Positions 18,697-30,449 of a stretch of DNA of 64,000 bases are shown here, piece after piece. The stretch is from an uncultured Candidatus Saccharibacteria bacterium. Its GTDB lineage: Bacteria > Patescibacteriota > Saccharimonadia > Saccharimonadales > JALRHH01. Every line of letters begins with the position of its first letter. Position 1 is the stretch's first letter. The position numbers and the translations under genes were made by a program. Under the pieces are notes generated by a model that worked only from the letters and a program-made list of their open reading frames with translations, searched no databases and had not been told where the DNA came from. Where the stretch lies: assembly GCA_964559915.1 (NCBI GenBank), contig CAZLJP010000002.1:2423-66422 (forward strand), written 5' to 3'.

Positions 18697-21534
18697 ATGG
18701 AGTTTACGCCAAACCCGGGACAAGAAAAGGTTCTGAATCACAAACAGGGGCCACTATTAGTGGTTGCCGGCGCCGGTACAGGTAAAACCCGTACTATTAC
18801 CGAGAAAATAGGCAAGCTACTGGACCAAGGTGTGGCGCCAACTGCAATATTAGCCGTTACATTCACAGAAAAAGCCACCGGCGAGATGCAAGACCGTATT
18901 TTGCGCAGCCGTACCGGTTTGCTGCTTGATTTGCCCATCCTGACGTTCAATGGCTACGGCGATAGTATCTTGCATGAATTTGGCGTTCACATCGGGTTAT
19001 CGAGCAATTACCGACTGTTGAGTGAAGAGGCCCAGATTGTGTTTTTCCGTGAGCGACTTGTTCAATTTGAGCTCGATTATTTCTTACCATCAGTCGGCAT
19101 GCCGGACCAAGCTATCTCAGATATACTCAGATATCTAGGCAAGCTCAAACAACATCTCGTCACGCCAGATACCTATCAAACATTTGCAAACCAGCTAGCA
19201 TCTGGTGATGCCGCCGACAAAGAAAACAAGCGCATGCACCAAGAATTGGTGCGCATTTACACAAAATATACTGAGCTATGTAGGGCCGAGAACTTTATTG
19301 ATTATGACGACCAAATCTTTCTGGCAATTCAGCTACTCGAGCAGCGGCCAAATATCCGAAAAGTACTCCAGGAACGCTATCACACTATATTTATTGACGA
19401 GTTCCAGGATACCAACCCAATGCAGTCCCATTTAATAGACCTTGTTGTCAACAATCAACAAAACCTGATTGTGGTAGGTGATGATGACCAAGCAATCTAT
19501 GGCTGGCGAGGCGCCACGCTTAGCAACATCCTGAGCTTTAAGGAACGCTACCCAAAGGCAGACAGTGCAGCCTTGACTATCAATTACCGTAGCCATCAGA
19601 GTATTTTGGATGCTGCACACAATCTGATTCAGCACAATAATCCTTACCGATTGGAAGAATCACTGGCCATTGATAAGCGCCTGACCAGCACTCAGCCTGG
19701 CCATACACCAACACTGCATCATTTCGACACGGTACAATCCGAATTGGCATGGATAGCCAATGATGTAGCCGAACGGTTATCCAAGTTAAAAGAAGGAGAA
19801 GAGCCAAGTATCGCCATCCTGACACGCTCCAATACATCTAACCAACTAGTCCACCGTGCACTAGAGGCTATTGGCGTGCCACACCGCGTTGTTGGTGCCA
19901 GCCCCGATTTGTATGAGCAGCCTGTCGTTCGGACGCTTACTGAGCTCTTACGTACATTAGTTGAACCAGATAATAACAATAGTCTCCACCTAACGTTGAC
20001 TGGTGAGCTATTTGGCATCAGCAATCAACTTATCGCGCCCTTAGCTAGCAAGGCGGGCAAGACACACGATTTATTACAGGTAGCACTTAGTGACATATCA
20101 GAAACAAAAAATGCGCTAGAACTCATCACGAGTCTTCGGGAGGACGCCGCAACCGTACCTGTTGATAAGTTACTCTGGCGCGCCATTGTGGCAAGTGGAT
20201 ACAAAGACCGTTTGCTCAAGGCAGCCCTAACCAATGAGCAATCAGAAAGCTACGCCAGTAATCTCAGTCAATACTTTGAAACCCTCCGTGAGTTTACGCG
20301 TATTGCTATCCAACCTACTGCAACGCAGTACATGCTCTCGTTGCCGGCATTACGCGCTGGTGGCGAAAAGGTTGATGATACGCTTGGAATTACCGAAAGT
20401 GAGGTCGTAGTCAGCACTATTCACAAATCCAAAGGCTTGGAATGGGATACCGTGTACGTACCGCTGCTCATGACACAAACCTTCCCATATCTGGGCGGTA
20501 GTGGTGGCTTTGAAATTCCCGAGGAACTTCGGGCTAGCACCACCAGCCCCGCTGATGAACGATTAGCAGAAGAACGCCGTCTGATGTATGTTGCAGCTAC
20601 CCGTGCACGTAAGAATCTAATGCTCAGTTTTGCCGAATATACTCGCGCTGGTGCCACACGGGCACGTAAACCAAGTATTTTTATTGATGAACTACTGGGT
20701 GAGGGCGCAGCTGCGGCTATGCCGATACATCAGACGAGCGCTGCAGCAGTATCCCTAGTTGAACCATCTACCCAGGAGCACAAAGTAGCTATACCAACTA
20801 GCATACTAAACGGCCATACAGTACGGCTTAGCGCCAGCCAGGTTGATACACTGCTCGAGTGTCCGCTTGATTTCTGGTACCGCTACGTCATAGGACTACC
20901 GTCAGACAGCACAACTCGTACCAGCTACGGTAACCTCATGCATGATTTATTTAGAACTATCAACGAAGCTAAACTTAACGGTGCTGTGCCTAGCATTGAC
21001 AGCTTGCACCAGCAACTTGATGCTGACTGGAACCGTGAAGGCTATGCCACTATTGAGCAAGAAAAACGTAACCTAGCCCAAGCACATGCCACTCTAGCGC
21101 GCTTTTATGAGCAGGCTTTGGCCTCGCAACCACCATTACTGGTAGAAAAAGAATTCCAGGTTCGCCTAGCAGAGGAAGATATCGTACTACATGGCCGTAT
21201 GGATGTAGTACTTGATGAAGATGGCGTGGAGATACGCGATTACAAAACAGGGCGCAAGGATTACGACGAAAAGAAGCTCAAAGCTAAGGCCAGTGCTAGT
21301 ACACAGCTGGCAGTGTATGCTTTGGCATGGCAAATCAATCATGACGAACTTCCGGCGCGTGTTGCGCTGCATTATGTTGATGACGATATGGTTGGTGCCG
21401 TTACTAAGCAACCTAAATCTATAGAGACGCTCCGCATCAAGCTGGCTCAAGCAGCTGAAGAAGTACGTGCGGGTAAATTTGAGCCACGTGGTCAACACAA
21501 GTATTGCCAGCATCCACCTTTGGCTGAGCTCTAG
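18697..21534 (+). CDS. UvrD/PcrA-type SF1 helicase fused to a C-terminal PD-(D/E)XK (RecB-like) nuclease domain
   Basis: 945 aa; Walker A GAGTGKT, motif II DEFQDT, motifs V/VI (TIHKSKGLEWD, YVAATRAR); C-terminal GRMDVV...EIRDYKTG nuclease motif. Confidence 0.85.
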   Translation: MEFTPNPGQEKVLNHKQGPLLVVAGAGTGKTRTITEKIGKLLDQGVAPTAILAVTFTEKATGEMQDRILRSRTGLLLDLPILTFNGYGDSILHEFGVHIGLSSNYRLLSEEAQIVFFRERLVQFELDYFLPSVGMPDQAISDILRYLGKLKQHLVTPDTYQTFANQLASGDAADKENKRMHQELVRIYTKYTELCRAENFIDYDDQIFLAIQLLEQRPNIRKVLQERYHTIFIDEFQDTNPMQSHLIDLVVNNQQNLIVVGDDDQAIYGWRGATLSNILSFKERYPKADSAALTINYRSHQSILDAAHNLIQHNNPYRLEESLAIDKRLTSTQPGHTPTLHHFDTVQSELAWIANDVAERLSKLKEGEEPSIAILTRSNTSNQLVHRALEAIGVPHRVVGASPDLYEQPVVRTLTELLRTLVEPDNNNSLHLTLTGELFGISNQLIAPLASKAGKTHDLLQVALSDISETKNALELITSLREDAATVPVDKLLWRAIVASGYKDRLLKAALTNEQSESYASNLSQYFETLREFTRIAIQPTATQYMLSLPALRAGGEKVDDTLGITESEVVVSTIHKSKGLEWDTVYVPLLMTQTFPYLGGSGGFEIPEELRASTTSPADERLAEERRLMYVAATRARKNLMLSFAEYTRAGATRARKPSIFIDELLGEGAAAAMPIHQTSAAAVSLVEPSTQEHKVAIPTSILNGHTVRLSASQVDTLLECPLDFWYRYVIGLPSDSTTRTSYGNLMHDLFRTINEAKLNGAVPSIDSLHQQLDADWNREGYATIEQEKRNLAQAHATLARFYEQALASQPPLLVEKEFQVRLAEEDIVLHGRMDVVLDEDGVEIRDYKTGRKDYDEKKLKAKASASTQLAVYALAWQINHDELPARVALHYVDDDMVGAVTKQPKSIETLRIKLAQAAEEVRAGKFEPRGQHKYCQHPPLAEL

Positions 21535-21535
21535 A

Positions 21536-22441
21536 TTATCCGCCGATGATGACGTTGCGCTGATTACTAGTCAGCTTGTAGCGAGTAGCAAGCTGATAAC
21601 CAACCGCAGCATGCAACAAACGGCCGAACTCAGCTTCGTCCTTGGCCATCTTTTGGCACAGTTCAACAATCTTAGGCGCGTCGGCCTGGAAGAAGGGGAC
21701 CCCCCCCTGATCACGGTCATTGCTCTTGCCAGCCACGGTATTCAGCGCTACGCCCTCAGCCCAATGGTTGTGACGTGCGTTTTCTGGATCTTGTTCAGGT
21801 TTCTGGTGGTCTCCGTTTAGTACCTCGACAACACCATCATGCTCACGAATTGCGTTGATAATAGCGTAACCGCTCCAATCGTCAAGCTCTGAGTCAACGG
21901 CACGTTCCGCAGCACTATCAATTGTCTGTTGCCAGGTAGATTGATTAAAGTGCTCGCCCAATGCATCACGCATCTGACTAATAAATTCAATGTCATTACC
22001 ATGTTTTGCCAGTTCACTGATAATAGCTGGGTAGCCATCAGCTGCGCCGCAGTTGCTCTTTTCGTCTGTAGCATGGTTATCTATGTGACCGCCAAGCTTT
22101 TCGCCTGCCTGTACCAAGTAGTTTGCCACAGCATTTACACGAGCAGTAGGGCCTGCCTCGCGTTCGGTATCGGTGTATAGACTCCAATCAGCTAGTTCGG
22201 CAGCAGCAAAACCAGTCGTTACGTTGCCACCAGCCATTTTATTGCGAACAGGCTGTGCTTCTAGGGCCTCACGCTCGTCAATACATACCACATGCTCGTC
22301 CTGTATATCGGCCTGTTTGCCATATACGGCTTGAACGAGTACTTCGTCAGATATTTCACCTGTTGGAGCTACTGCGCCTGCGCCCTCGCCGTAGTGCATA
22401 ATGTGCTGTTCGGTAATCATAGTCTGCCTTTCGTTTTCCAT
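21536..22441 (-). CDS. hypothetical acidic protein
   Basis: 301-aa uninterrupted ORF convergent with the helicase gene (1-nt gap); no family recognised. Confidence 0.55.
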   Translation of the reverse strand: MENERQTMITEQHIMHYGEGAGAVAPTGEISDEVLVQAVYGKQADIQDEHVVCIDEREALEAQPVRNKMAGGNVTTGFAAAELADWSLYTDTEREAGPTARVNAVANYLVQAGEKLGGHIDNHATDEKSNCGAADGYPAIISELAKHGNDIEFISQMRDALGEHFNQSTWQQTIDSAAERAVDSELDDWSGYAIINAIREHDGVVEVLNGDHQKPEQDPENARHNHWAEGVALNTVAGKSNDRDQGGVPFFQADAPKIVELCQKMAKDEAEFGRLLHAAVGYQLATRYKLTSNQRNVIIGG

Positions 22442-22620
22442 AAGGATAAATGCTCACTTTCGAATATATTCATAGAGATTGTATTATTTTAATCAACAAG
22501 TATGTGATTATACGCTCCCTTGTCAATTTTGTTAATTGGCACTAGATGTGGGAGTATGGGGCAATATAGACCACTACAGGTAGCGTGCCATGCTATACTA
22601 TAGCTATAAGGAGCAGCACT

Positions 22621-22962
22621 ATGTCTGAACACTTGTCTGACCATCCCCACATACCTATAGTTTCAGACGGCGTTGCTCAGGCGGTAAGTAATGATCTGGA
22701 GCGTGACCCTGACTTCAAGGACCGTCTGTTCCACGATATGAATGAGGAGCAGCACGTACTGATTGCAGCCGTCATGACTGAGGCAAACCACCAAGCAGAA
22801 GGTGACATTGCAAAAAAAGAAGCCTTCATAAAAGGCGCCTTATACGTACTCGGTGCACTGCGTCGACAGGGAATGGCTGTTCAATTAGAACAATTACTTA
22901 AGGCAGAGCAGGCATCTGATATCGAAATTCTCGTTGTAGACCCAGACGATACCGCAGTTTAG
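22621..22962 (+). CDS. hypothetical protein
   Basis: ATG at 22621 preceded by TATACT and AAGGAG; the track ORF starts at 22585. Confidence 0.5.
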   Translation: MSEHLSDHPHIPIVSDGVAQAVSNDLERDPDFKDRLFHDMNEEQHVLIAAVMTEANHQAEGDIAKKEAFIKGALYVLGALRRQGMAVQLEQLLKAEQASDIEILVVDPDDTAV

Positions 22963-22965
22963 AGC

Positions 22966-23390
22966 TTAGCGACGAGGGCGTCTCTTCAAACCGGCTACCT
23001 GGAGGCGTACTGATTGTCTATCTACTATTTGCTGGGCGTGCTCGAGGCTGACTTGGTCTTTGGCTTCGCTGACCATCTTTTTGGCGCGCTCAATTGCCGC
23101 TTCGGCTTCAGCCTCGCTGATATCATCAGCAGCGTCTGCTTCATCCACCAGCATGCGCAGGGTATTACCACTGACCTCAATAACGCCACCGTTGGTGGCA
23201 AAGAATTCACGTTGTGTATCAGAATCTTTTGAGTCTTTACGTACGGCAATTACACCAGTCGTAGCCACACTAACCAGTGGCATATGATCTTTCAGTACAC
23301 CAATCTCGCCGTCGAGCGTAGGCAAGACAACTTCGTAAACTTCGTCATCAAACTTCGTCCCGCTCAAGGCGACTAATTGAAAGTGAATCA

Positions 23391-23391
<1 letters not shown>
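22966..23391 (-). CDS. atpC: F-type ATP synthase subunit epsilon
   Basis: 141 aa; beta-sandwich N-terminus followed by a helical Ala/Glu-rich C-terminus; 1-nt overlap with atpD. Confidence 0.9.
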
Positions 23392-25092
<1,701 letters not shown>

Positions 25093-25096
<4 letters not shown>

Positions 25097-25332
25097 TTCG
25101 TAGCATCCTCTGCGGCTATTTGTTGAGCTTCTGCGGCTCGGCGGGCGGCGCCCGTTGCTTCGTCTACCTGCGTTACTCTTGGCTTAGCTAATTCTGCTTG
25201 CTCGTTCTGTTTAGTAGCTTCAATTTGATTGAGAGCCTCTTGCTGGTCAGCTTCGGGAATAGTCTCGCCATCCTGCTGCCATCCGGCTATTAGTTCATAA
25301 TCATCAATAGGGTTCATTAGCTCATCACTCAT
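25093..25332 (-). CDS. small acidic hypothetical protein embedded between atpG and atpD
   Basis: 79 codons; ATGA overlap with the atpG stop and ATGA overlap with the next ORF. Confidence 0.55.
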
Positions 25333-26195
25333 TTCATTGCCTCCGCGCCACCGCTAATTTCTGCTAGCTCTTGGGTGATGGCCGCCTGACGAGCTGTGTT
25401 AAGTTCTAGAGTATAATCATCTATCAGATCTTTGGCATTGTCGGTGGCATTTTTCATGGCAACCATGCGCATAGCGTGCTCAGATGCCAAACTTTCTAAT
25501 ACACCTTGCCAAATCTGTGTCTCAATCAGTCGAGTAGTCACTTGGTCGATAACTGTCTCTACATCAGGCTCAAAGTTGCTAAAATTACTGATTTTTTCTG
25601 CATCAAACTCTGGTACCTCGGCTGGAAGCAGCTGTTGGTCACGAGTTTCTTGCGCAACAGTCGACTTAAACTTGGTGTAGATAAGATGCACTTGGTCAGT
25701 GGCACTGGTTTTGTAATGTTCGATAATACTATTAAGGATTGGACGGACGTCATTGGCGGTTGGATGGTCACCCAGGCCAGGGTAGACGGCGATTAGCTCA
25801 ACCTCGCCGAGCCGACGAACAAACTGCGCGCCTTTGTTGCCAATGGCAATAACTTGGCTTTTTACCTTGGCCTCTTTGTCAGCCCGCAGGCCCTTCGTCA
25901 ACTGCTTAAACACATTGGCGTTGTAGGCACCGGCCAAGCCGCTGTTGCTTGTCACGATAATGTACAGACGATTAGTGACAGTGCGCTTTTCAAACAACGG
26001 CTGGCGCTCAACCTCACTAATACCGCTCAAACGAACCAATAGCTCATCTGCGAGCTCTGCATAGGCACGTGACGCCAGGGCGTATTCTTGCGCACGACGT
26101 AGCTTGCTTGCGCTCACCAACTGCATAGCCTTGGTAATCTGGCGTGTGCCCTTAACGGATTTAATCCGTTGTTTGAGTGCAATCGTACTAGCCAT
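25329..26195 (-). CDS. atpG: F-type ATP synthase subunit gamma
   Basis: 288 aa; N-terminal IKSVKGTRQITKAMQLVSASKLRRAQ and C-terminal ARQAAITQELAEI helices. Confidence 0.93.
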   Translation of the reverse strand: MASTIALKQRIKSVKGTRQITKAMQLVSASKLRRAQEYALASRAYAELADELLVRLSGISEVERQPLFEKRTVTNRLYIIVTSNSGLAGAYNANVFKQLTKGLRADKEAKVKSQVIAIGNKGAQFVRRLGEVELIAVYPGLGDHPTANDVRPILNSIIEHYKTSATDQVHLIYTKFKSTVAQETRDQQLLPAEVPEFDAEKISNFSNFEPDVETVIDQVTTRLIETQIWQGVLESLASEHAMRMVAMKNATDNAKDLIDDYTLELNTARQAAITQELAEISGGAEAMK

Positions 26196-26418
26196 CTTTA
26201 TCCTCTGTAATTCCTAACATAACTTCTGTTTGTGCTAATCCAAGTTCACTAACACGACGCTGAATGCGCTCCTGGCGAAGATAATCTTTCCGAGGAGCCA
26301 GTCGTGAGTTTTCCATCGCAGCAATTTCACCCGAAAGTTGTTCATCAGTCAGCTCTTCAGCAGGAGCATATGGAATATGACTGTGCGAGTTTTCTTGATG
26401 CAACAAACGACCAAACAT
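26188..26418 (-). CDS. small hypothetical protein embedded between atpA and atpG
   Basis: 76 codons; ATG 2 nt after the atpA stop; 8-nt overlap with the atpG start; the atpG SD (GAGGA) lies inside its 3' end. Confidence 0.5.
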   Translation of the reverse strand: MFGRLLHQENSHSHIPYAPAEELTDEQLSGEIAAMENSRLAPRKDYLRQERIQRRVSELGLAQTEVMLGITEDKDG

Positions 26419-26420
26419 GA

Positions 26421-27965
26421 CTACTTCTTTGCTTCCTTGGTTTCGTATTGCTTAGCTATAGCGTTTGCTACCTTTAGGATGGCTTCGTTGTCCTTGTCGC
26501 TGACTTTGTCGCCAGTGTTTACAGTTTCTACCAGCTTGGCGTGCTTGCTCTTTAGCTCACGTAGCAAGGATTCACGGGCAGCTTCAATCTTTTCGACTGG
26601 CACAATATCAAATGCGCCTTCGTTAGCGGCATACAGCACGCTGTACATCTCCCAGATTGCGTACGGGGCAAACTGTAGTTGCTTGAGTAGCTCTGTCAGA
26701 CGCTGGCCACGCTCAATGGTGTGACGAGTTTCGGCATCAAGGTCGGTAGAGAACTGGCTAAAGGCAGCGAGTTCGCGGAACTGTGCCAGCGCTAGCTTCA
26801 GGCTACCGCCAGCAGCCTTAATAGCCTTGGTCTGGGCAGCACCACCAACACGAGAGACAGACAGACCCACAGAGATAGCCGGGCGGATACCCTGGTAGAA
26901 CAGGTTAGTTTCAAGGAAAATCTGGCCGTCGGTAATGGAAATAACGTTGGTTGGGATGTAGGCTGAAATGTCACCAGCCTGGGTTTCGATAATAGGCAAG
27001 GCAGTGAGTGAACCAGCACCCAATTCGTCGCTCAGCTTGGCAGCACGCTCCAGTAGGCGAGAGTGCAGATAGAACACATCACCAGGATAAGCTTCGCGGC
27101 CCGGTGGGCGGCGGAGCAGCAGTGACATCTGACGGTAGGCAGCGGCGTGCTTGGTTAAATCATCGTAGATAATCAGGGCATGACCCTTGTTATCACGGAA
27201 GTATTCACCAATAGAAGCACCGACATATGGAGCGAGGTACAACATAGCAGCCGGGTCAGATGGACCGGTCGCCACAATAATAGTCTGGTCCATGACGCCT
27301 TCACGCTTGAGGCGCTCTTGTAGGGCGGCTACCTTGGAAGCTTTTTGGCCAATGGCAACATACACGTTAATGACACCAGTCTTTTGCTTACTTTGGTTAA
27401 CCATAGTGTCGACGGCAATGGCAGTTTTACCAGTCTGACGGTCACCAATAATAAGCTCACGCTGGCCACGGCCAATTGGCACCATGGTATCAATCGCCAT
27501 CAGGCCAGTCATCAGTGGCTCATGCACACTTTTGCGGTCCATCACACCAGGCGCAGGGCGCTCCACACGGCTCATTTGCTTGGTCTTGATAGCAGGGCCA
27601 CCGTCCAATGCGTTTCCGAGCGGGTCAACCACACGGCCAATTAATTCTGGGCCAACTGGTACTTCTAGCACCTTGCCAGCCAAACGAGCGGTCGCACCGG
27701 CACGCACGTCTACGTCCCCACCGAGTAATACAGCACCGATTTCTTCCTGTGCAAGGTTAAAGGCAAAGGCCACGACTGGCGTGCCATCAATGCCTTCGAT
27801 TTCAATCATTTCGTTATAGCCACACTTGCTGAGACCATAAATCCAAGCGATACCGTCACCCACGCGGGTAACAACACCGACTTCTTCAATCTCAGGACGT
27901 GCCTTCAGCTCGGCAATTGCCGTGCGGATGTCCTGGGATAGTTCTTTAATAGAAAGTTCTGCCAT
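26421..27965 (-). CDS. atpA: F-type ATP synthase subunit alpha
   Basis: 514 aa; Walker A GDRQTGKT; ALIIYDDLTKHA; PGREAYPGDVFYLHSRLLERA. Confidence 0.97.
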   Translation of the reverse strand: MAELSIKELSQDIRTAIAELKARPEIEEVGVVTRVGDGIAWIYGLSKCGYNEMIEIEGIDGTPVVAFAFNLAQEEIGAVLLGGDVDVRAGATARLAGKVLEVPVGPELIGRVVDPLGNALDGGPAIKTKQMSRVERPAPGVMDRKSVHEPLMTGLMAIDTMVPIGRGQRELIIGDRQTGKTAIAVDTMVNQSKQKTGVINVYVAIGQKASKVAALQERLKREGVMDQTIIVATGPSDPAAMLYLAPYVGASIGEYFRDNKGHALIIYDDLTKHAAAYRQMSLLLRRPPGREAYPGDVFYLHSRLLERAAKLSDELGAGSLTALPIIETQAGDISAYIPTNVISITDGQIFLETNLFYQGIRPAISVGLSVSRVGGAAQTKAIKAAGGSLKLALAQFRELAAFSQFSTDLDAETRHTIERGQRLTELLKQLQFAPYAIWEMYSVLYAANEGAFDIVPVEKIEAARESLLRELKSKHAKLVETVNTGDKVSDKDNEAILKVANAIAKQYETKEAKK

Positions 27966-27975
27966 TATTTCTACA

Positions 27976-28380
27976 TTAATCCTTTCCTGTAGCTACGAGT
28001 GATTTAAACTTATTCAACTTTGCTTGTACCGACAAATCCAGCTGCTTATCAGCCAGTTCCACGCGGATGCTACCAATAACGCTGTTATCATGGTATTCAT
28101 TGAGTTCGATGCGCTTGGCATCAGGGTACAGCCCACGAACCTGGGCACGGACTTGGTCTCGCACCTGCTCGGTGAGGTCATATTTGCTCACGACGTTAAC
28201 GTCGATAACACCACGACTGGCGCGGGCAAGCATGACATCCCGAAGCAGTGAATCCAGCTCGGAGGTACGTCCCTCGGCCAACAAATAGGCAGCAACTTCG
28301 CGCGATAAGCCGGCAGTATTACTACTAAGTGACTTTTCAGCAATAAGAGCTGCAATGTCGTGACGAGGAACTTTACTCAT
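27976..28380 (-). CDS. atpH: F-type ATP synthase subunit delta (OSCP), unusually short
   Basis: 134 aa in the canonical position between atpF and atpA; C-terminal GSIRVELADKQLDLSV pattern resembles the delta C-terminal domain. Confidence 0.7.
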   Translation of the reverse strand: MSKVPRHDIAALIAEKSLSSNTAGLSREVAAYLLAEGRTSELDSLLRDVMLARASRGVIDVNVVSKYDLTEQVRDQVRAQVRGLYPDAKRIELNEYHDNSVIGSIRVELADKQLDLSVQAKLNKFKSLVATGKD

Positions 28381-28383
28381 GTT

Positions 28384-28920
28384 CTAAGCCTTCTGACCCT
28401 TCAGAGCACGCTCTACGAGGGCGACGTCTTTCTTAGCATCAACTTTTTCACCAATAATGGCTTCGGTAGCTTCTGACACCAGACCAACCATCTCTTTTTC
28501 AAGATTTTTACGGGCACGCGCGGTTTCTTGGTCAATCCGGCTCTTGGCATCTACTAAAATACTGTCAGCCTTAGTTTTGGCTTTATCTTCGGTCTCTCTT
28601 GCTGCCTCGCGAGCATTGTCACGAGCGGTCGCCAAAATACCATCAGCTTCTTTGCGGGCATCGGCCAGCTCTTCGGCGACTTTGGCTTCCAGTGTGGCTT
28701 GTTGGCGCTTCATGTCTTCGCCCAGTCGTACACCGTTTTCAATGTGCTCGCGGCGCTCGTCCAACATCTTGATAATTGGGCCAAAGGCGTACTTTTTGAG
28801 TACCCAAAAGGCCAACACAAAGGTAATAAGCTGGATGATAAAGGCCTTGCCATCAACACCCAAAGCTCCAATACCTGATGCCTCAGATTCAGCTGCGAAG
28901 TTAGTTAGTAAAATATGCAT
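28384..28920 (-). CDS. atpF: F-type ATP synthase subunit b
   Basis: 178 aa; single N-terminal TM segment then a long Ala/Glu/Lys/Arg-rich helix. Confidence 0.8.
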   Translation of the reverse strand: MHILLTNFAAESEASGIGALGVDGKAFIIQLITFVLAFWVLKKYAFGPIIKMLDERREHIENGVRLGEDMKRQQATLEAKVAEELADARKEADGILATARDNAREAARETEDKAKTKADSILVDAKSRIDQETARARKNLEKEMVGLVSEATEAIIGEKVDAKKDVALVERALKGQKA

Positions 28921-28937
28921 ATATCCTTAGATTTTCC

Positions 28938-29174
28938 TTATTTTACGAAGAATGTTGAAGCAAAGGCCAACAGTCCGTACACCTCAATCAGACCAACAAA
29001 TACCAAAGCCTGACCAAGAAACTTAGCAGCTTCTGGGTTACGGCCAACAGCACCAAGGTAGCTTGCGCCCACCAGGCCAATACCAATAGTTGGGCCAATA
29101 AAGCCTGCACCAATCATGATACCTTTGCCGATAATATCTGTGTTTGCCGCAGCAAACGTTACGAGTTCTGTCAT
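28938..29174 (-). CDS. atpE: F-type ATP synthase subunit c
   Basis: 78 aa; two-TM hairpin, GRNPE loop, ion-binding Glu in GLIEVYGLL. Confidence 0.9.
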   Translation of the reverse strand: MTELVTFAAANTDIIGKGIMIGAGFIGPTIGIGLVGASYLGAVGRNPEAAKFLGQALVFVGLIEVYGLLAFASTFFVK

Positions 29175-29225
29175 TATTATTTCTCCTTTGTAGTTATTAA
29201 CTTATGATATGACATTCGTGAGTCC

Positions 29226-30083
29226 TTACGCCACCGCTTTCTGCGCCGAAGCAGCTTCAAGCGGCTCATCCTCATGCTCGTCATGCGCATGCGCACTGTT
29301 AACAGCAATGGCGAGGTAATTAACCCCAAGGATAACAAAAATATAAGCTTGCAGGGCTCCGACGCCCAGTTCAAGCAGAGTAAATGGCAGAGCAGTAATA
29401 GGTGCCAGAATGTTGTTTGGCGCCAGCATACCGCCTAGGAATGCGAATACGGCAATCACAATCTCACCAATGGTGACGTTCAGGAACAATCGGAGTGCCA
29501 GGCTCAGTGAGCGAGTCAGGTCGGTAAGCATTTCAATCAGACCAATTACTAGATACAGTGGGTTCAGCGGACTACCAATAAAGAAGTGGCTGATGAACTT
29601 GCGAAAACCGCCGATTTCGCGGATTGAAGACACGTACACAAAGCCCATAGTCACTAAGCCAATCGCTAAGGTAGCGTTGAGGTCAGCAGTGAACGGGCGG
29701 AACACCGGATGGCCGTCGAGCTGTAGTGGCTCACCAACACCAAGCATCAATCCCGCCCAGTTATTAATCAGAACAAAGAAAAAGAGTGTTACAAAGAACG
29801 GCACGTATTTACGGCCGACTTTCTTGTCATTAAATGCGTTTTGCACTAAATCGCTGATGAACGACACACCAGCCTCAACTAGCTGCACAAAACCACCCTT
29901 AGGGCGAATCGCAACTTTGCGTGCTACCGCTACAAAAGCAAGAATCATCAGTGCCGCCACTACCCAACCCATAAGGATTGAGTTGGTGATATGAAATCCG
30001 CCTAAATCAAACAAACCGAGTGGTGATACATGTACTACTGGCGCGTCTTCGGCAAAGCGAGACAGAAGATTAATCATCGGCAT
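29226..30083 (-). CDS. atpB: F-type ATP synthase subunit a
   Basis: 285 aa polytopic protein; conserved Arg in SLALRLFLN. Confidence 0.9.
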   Translation of the reverse strand: MPMINLLSRFAEDAPVVHVSPLGLFDLGGFHITNSILMGWVVAALMILAFVAVARKVAIRPKGGFVQLVEAGVSFISDLVQNAFNDKKVGRKYVPFFVTLFFFVLINNWAGLMLGVGEPLQLDGHPVFRPFTADLNATLAIGLVTMGFVYVSSIREIGGFRKFISHFFIGSPLNPLYLVIGLIEMLTDLTRSLSLALRLFLNVTIGEIVIAVFAFLGGMLAPNNILAPITALPFTLLELGVGALQAYIFVILGVNYLAIAVNSAHAHDEHEDEPLEAASAQKAVA

Positions 30084-30411
30084 CCTCTGCTTCGTACTGT
30101 TGCTGAATCTTACGCTTCTGGGCAGCGGTTAGCTTGGGGTTGGGTAGGCTATTAGCAACTTGCATAGTGCGCCACATTACCAAACCCGCACCAACAAAGG
30201 CTACGGCCAAACCAACAAAAGTATAGATAGTTACGTCCATTTTTTTATCAAGCTGATAGCCGCCAATGACGGGTACCAAAATAACAATCGCCAGCTGCCA
30301 GCTCATATTCAAAGCCATCCCAAGAAAGGTAGAGACCGAATTTTTGGCAAAACCTGAATCACCCCTATTAGGAGTCGGCGTTGAAATAAGAGTAGCGTCG
30401 GCTCGTTTCAC
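30070..30411 (-). CDS. AtpZ/AtpI-like small membrane protein (atp operon first gene), GTG start
   Basis: 113 aa, two TM segments, position upstream of atpB; GTG lies 8 nt after a TATACT box. Confidence 0.5.
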   Translation of the reverse strand: MKRADATLISTPTPNRGDSGFAKNSVSTFLGMALNMSWQLAIVILVPVIGGYQLDKKMDVTIYTFVGLAVAFVGAGLVMWRTMQVANSLPNPKLTAAQKRKIQQQYEAEDADD

Positions 30412-30419
30412 TTCTGATT

Positions 30420-30449
30420 AGTATAGCAGTCCAACAGGGGCAAACGCAA
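30420..30449 (-). promoter_or_regulatory. atp operon promoter TTGCGT-N18-TATACT (minus strand)
   Basis: -10 is the reverse complement of 30420-30425 and -35 the reverse complement of 30444-30449; the start codon follows 8 nt after the -10. Confidence 0.5.

Noticed and set aside
29177-29374. A 65-aa ORF between atpE and atpB.
   Set aside because: It overlaps the 3' end of atpB out of frame and has an Arg/Met/Ser-rich shadow composition. The real atpB-atpE gap is 51 nt.
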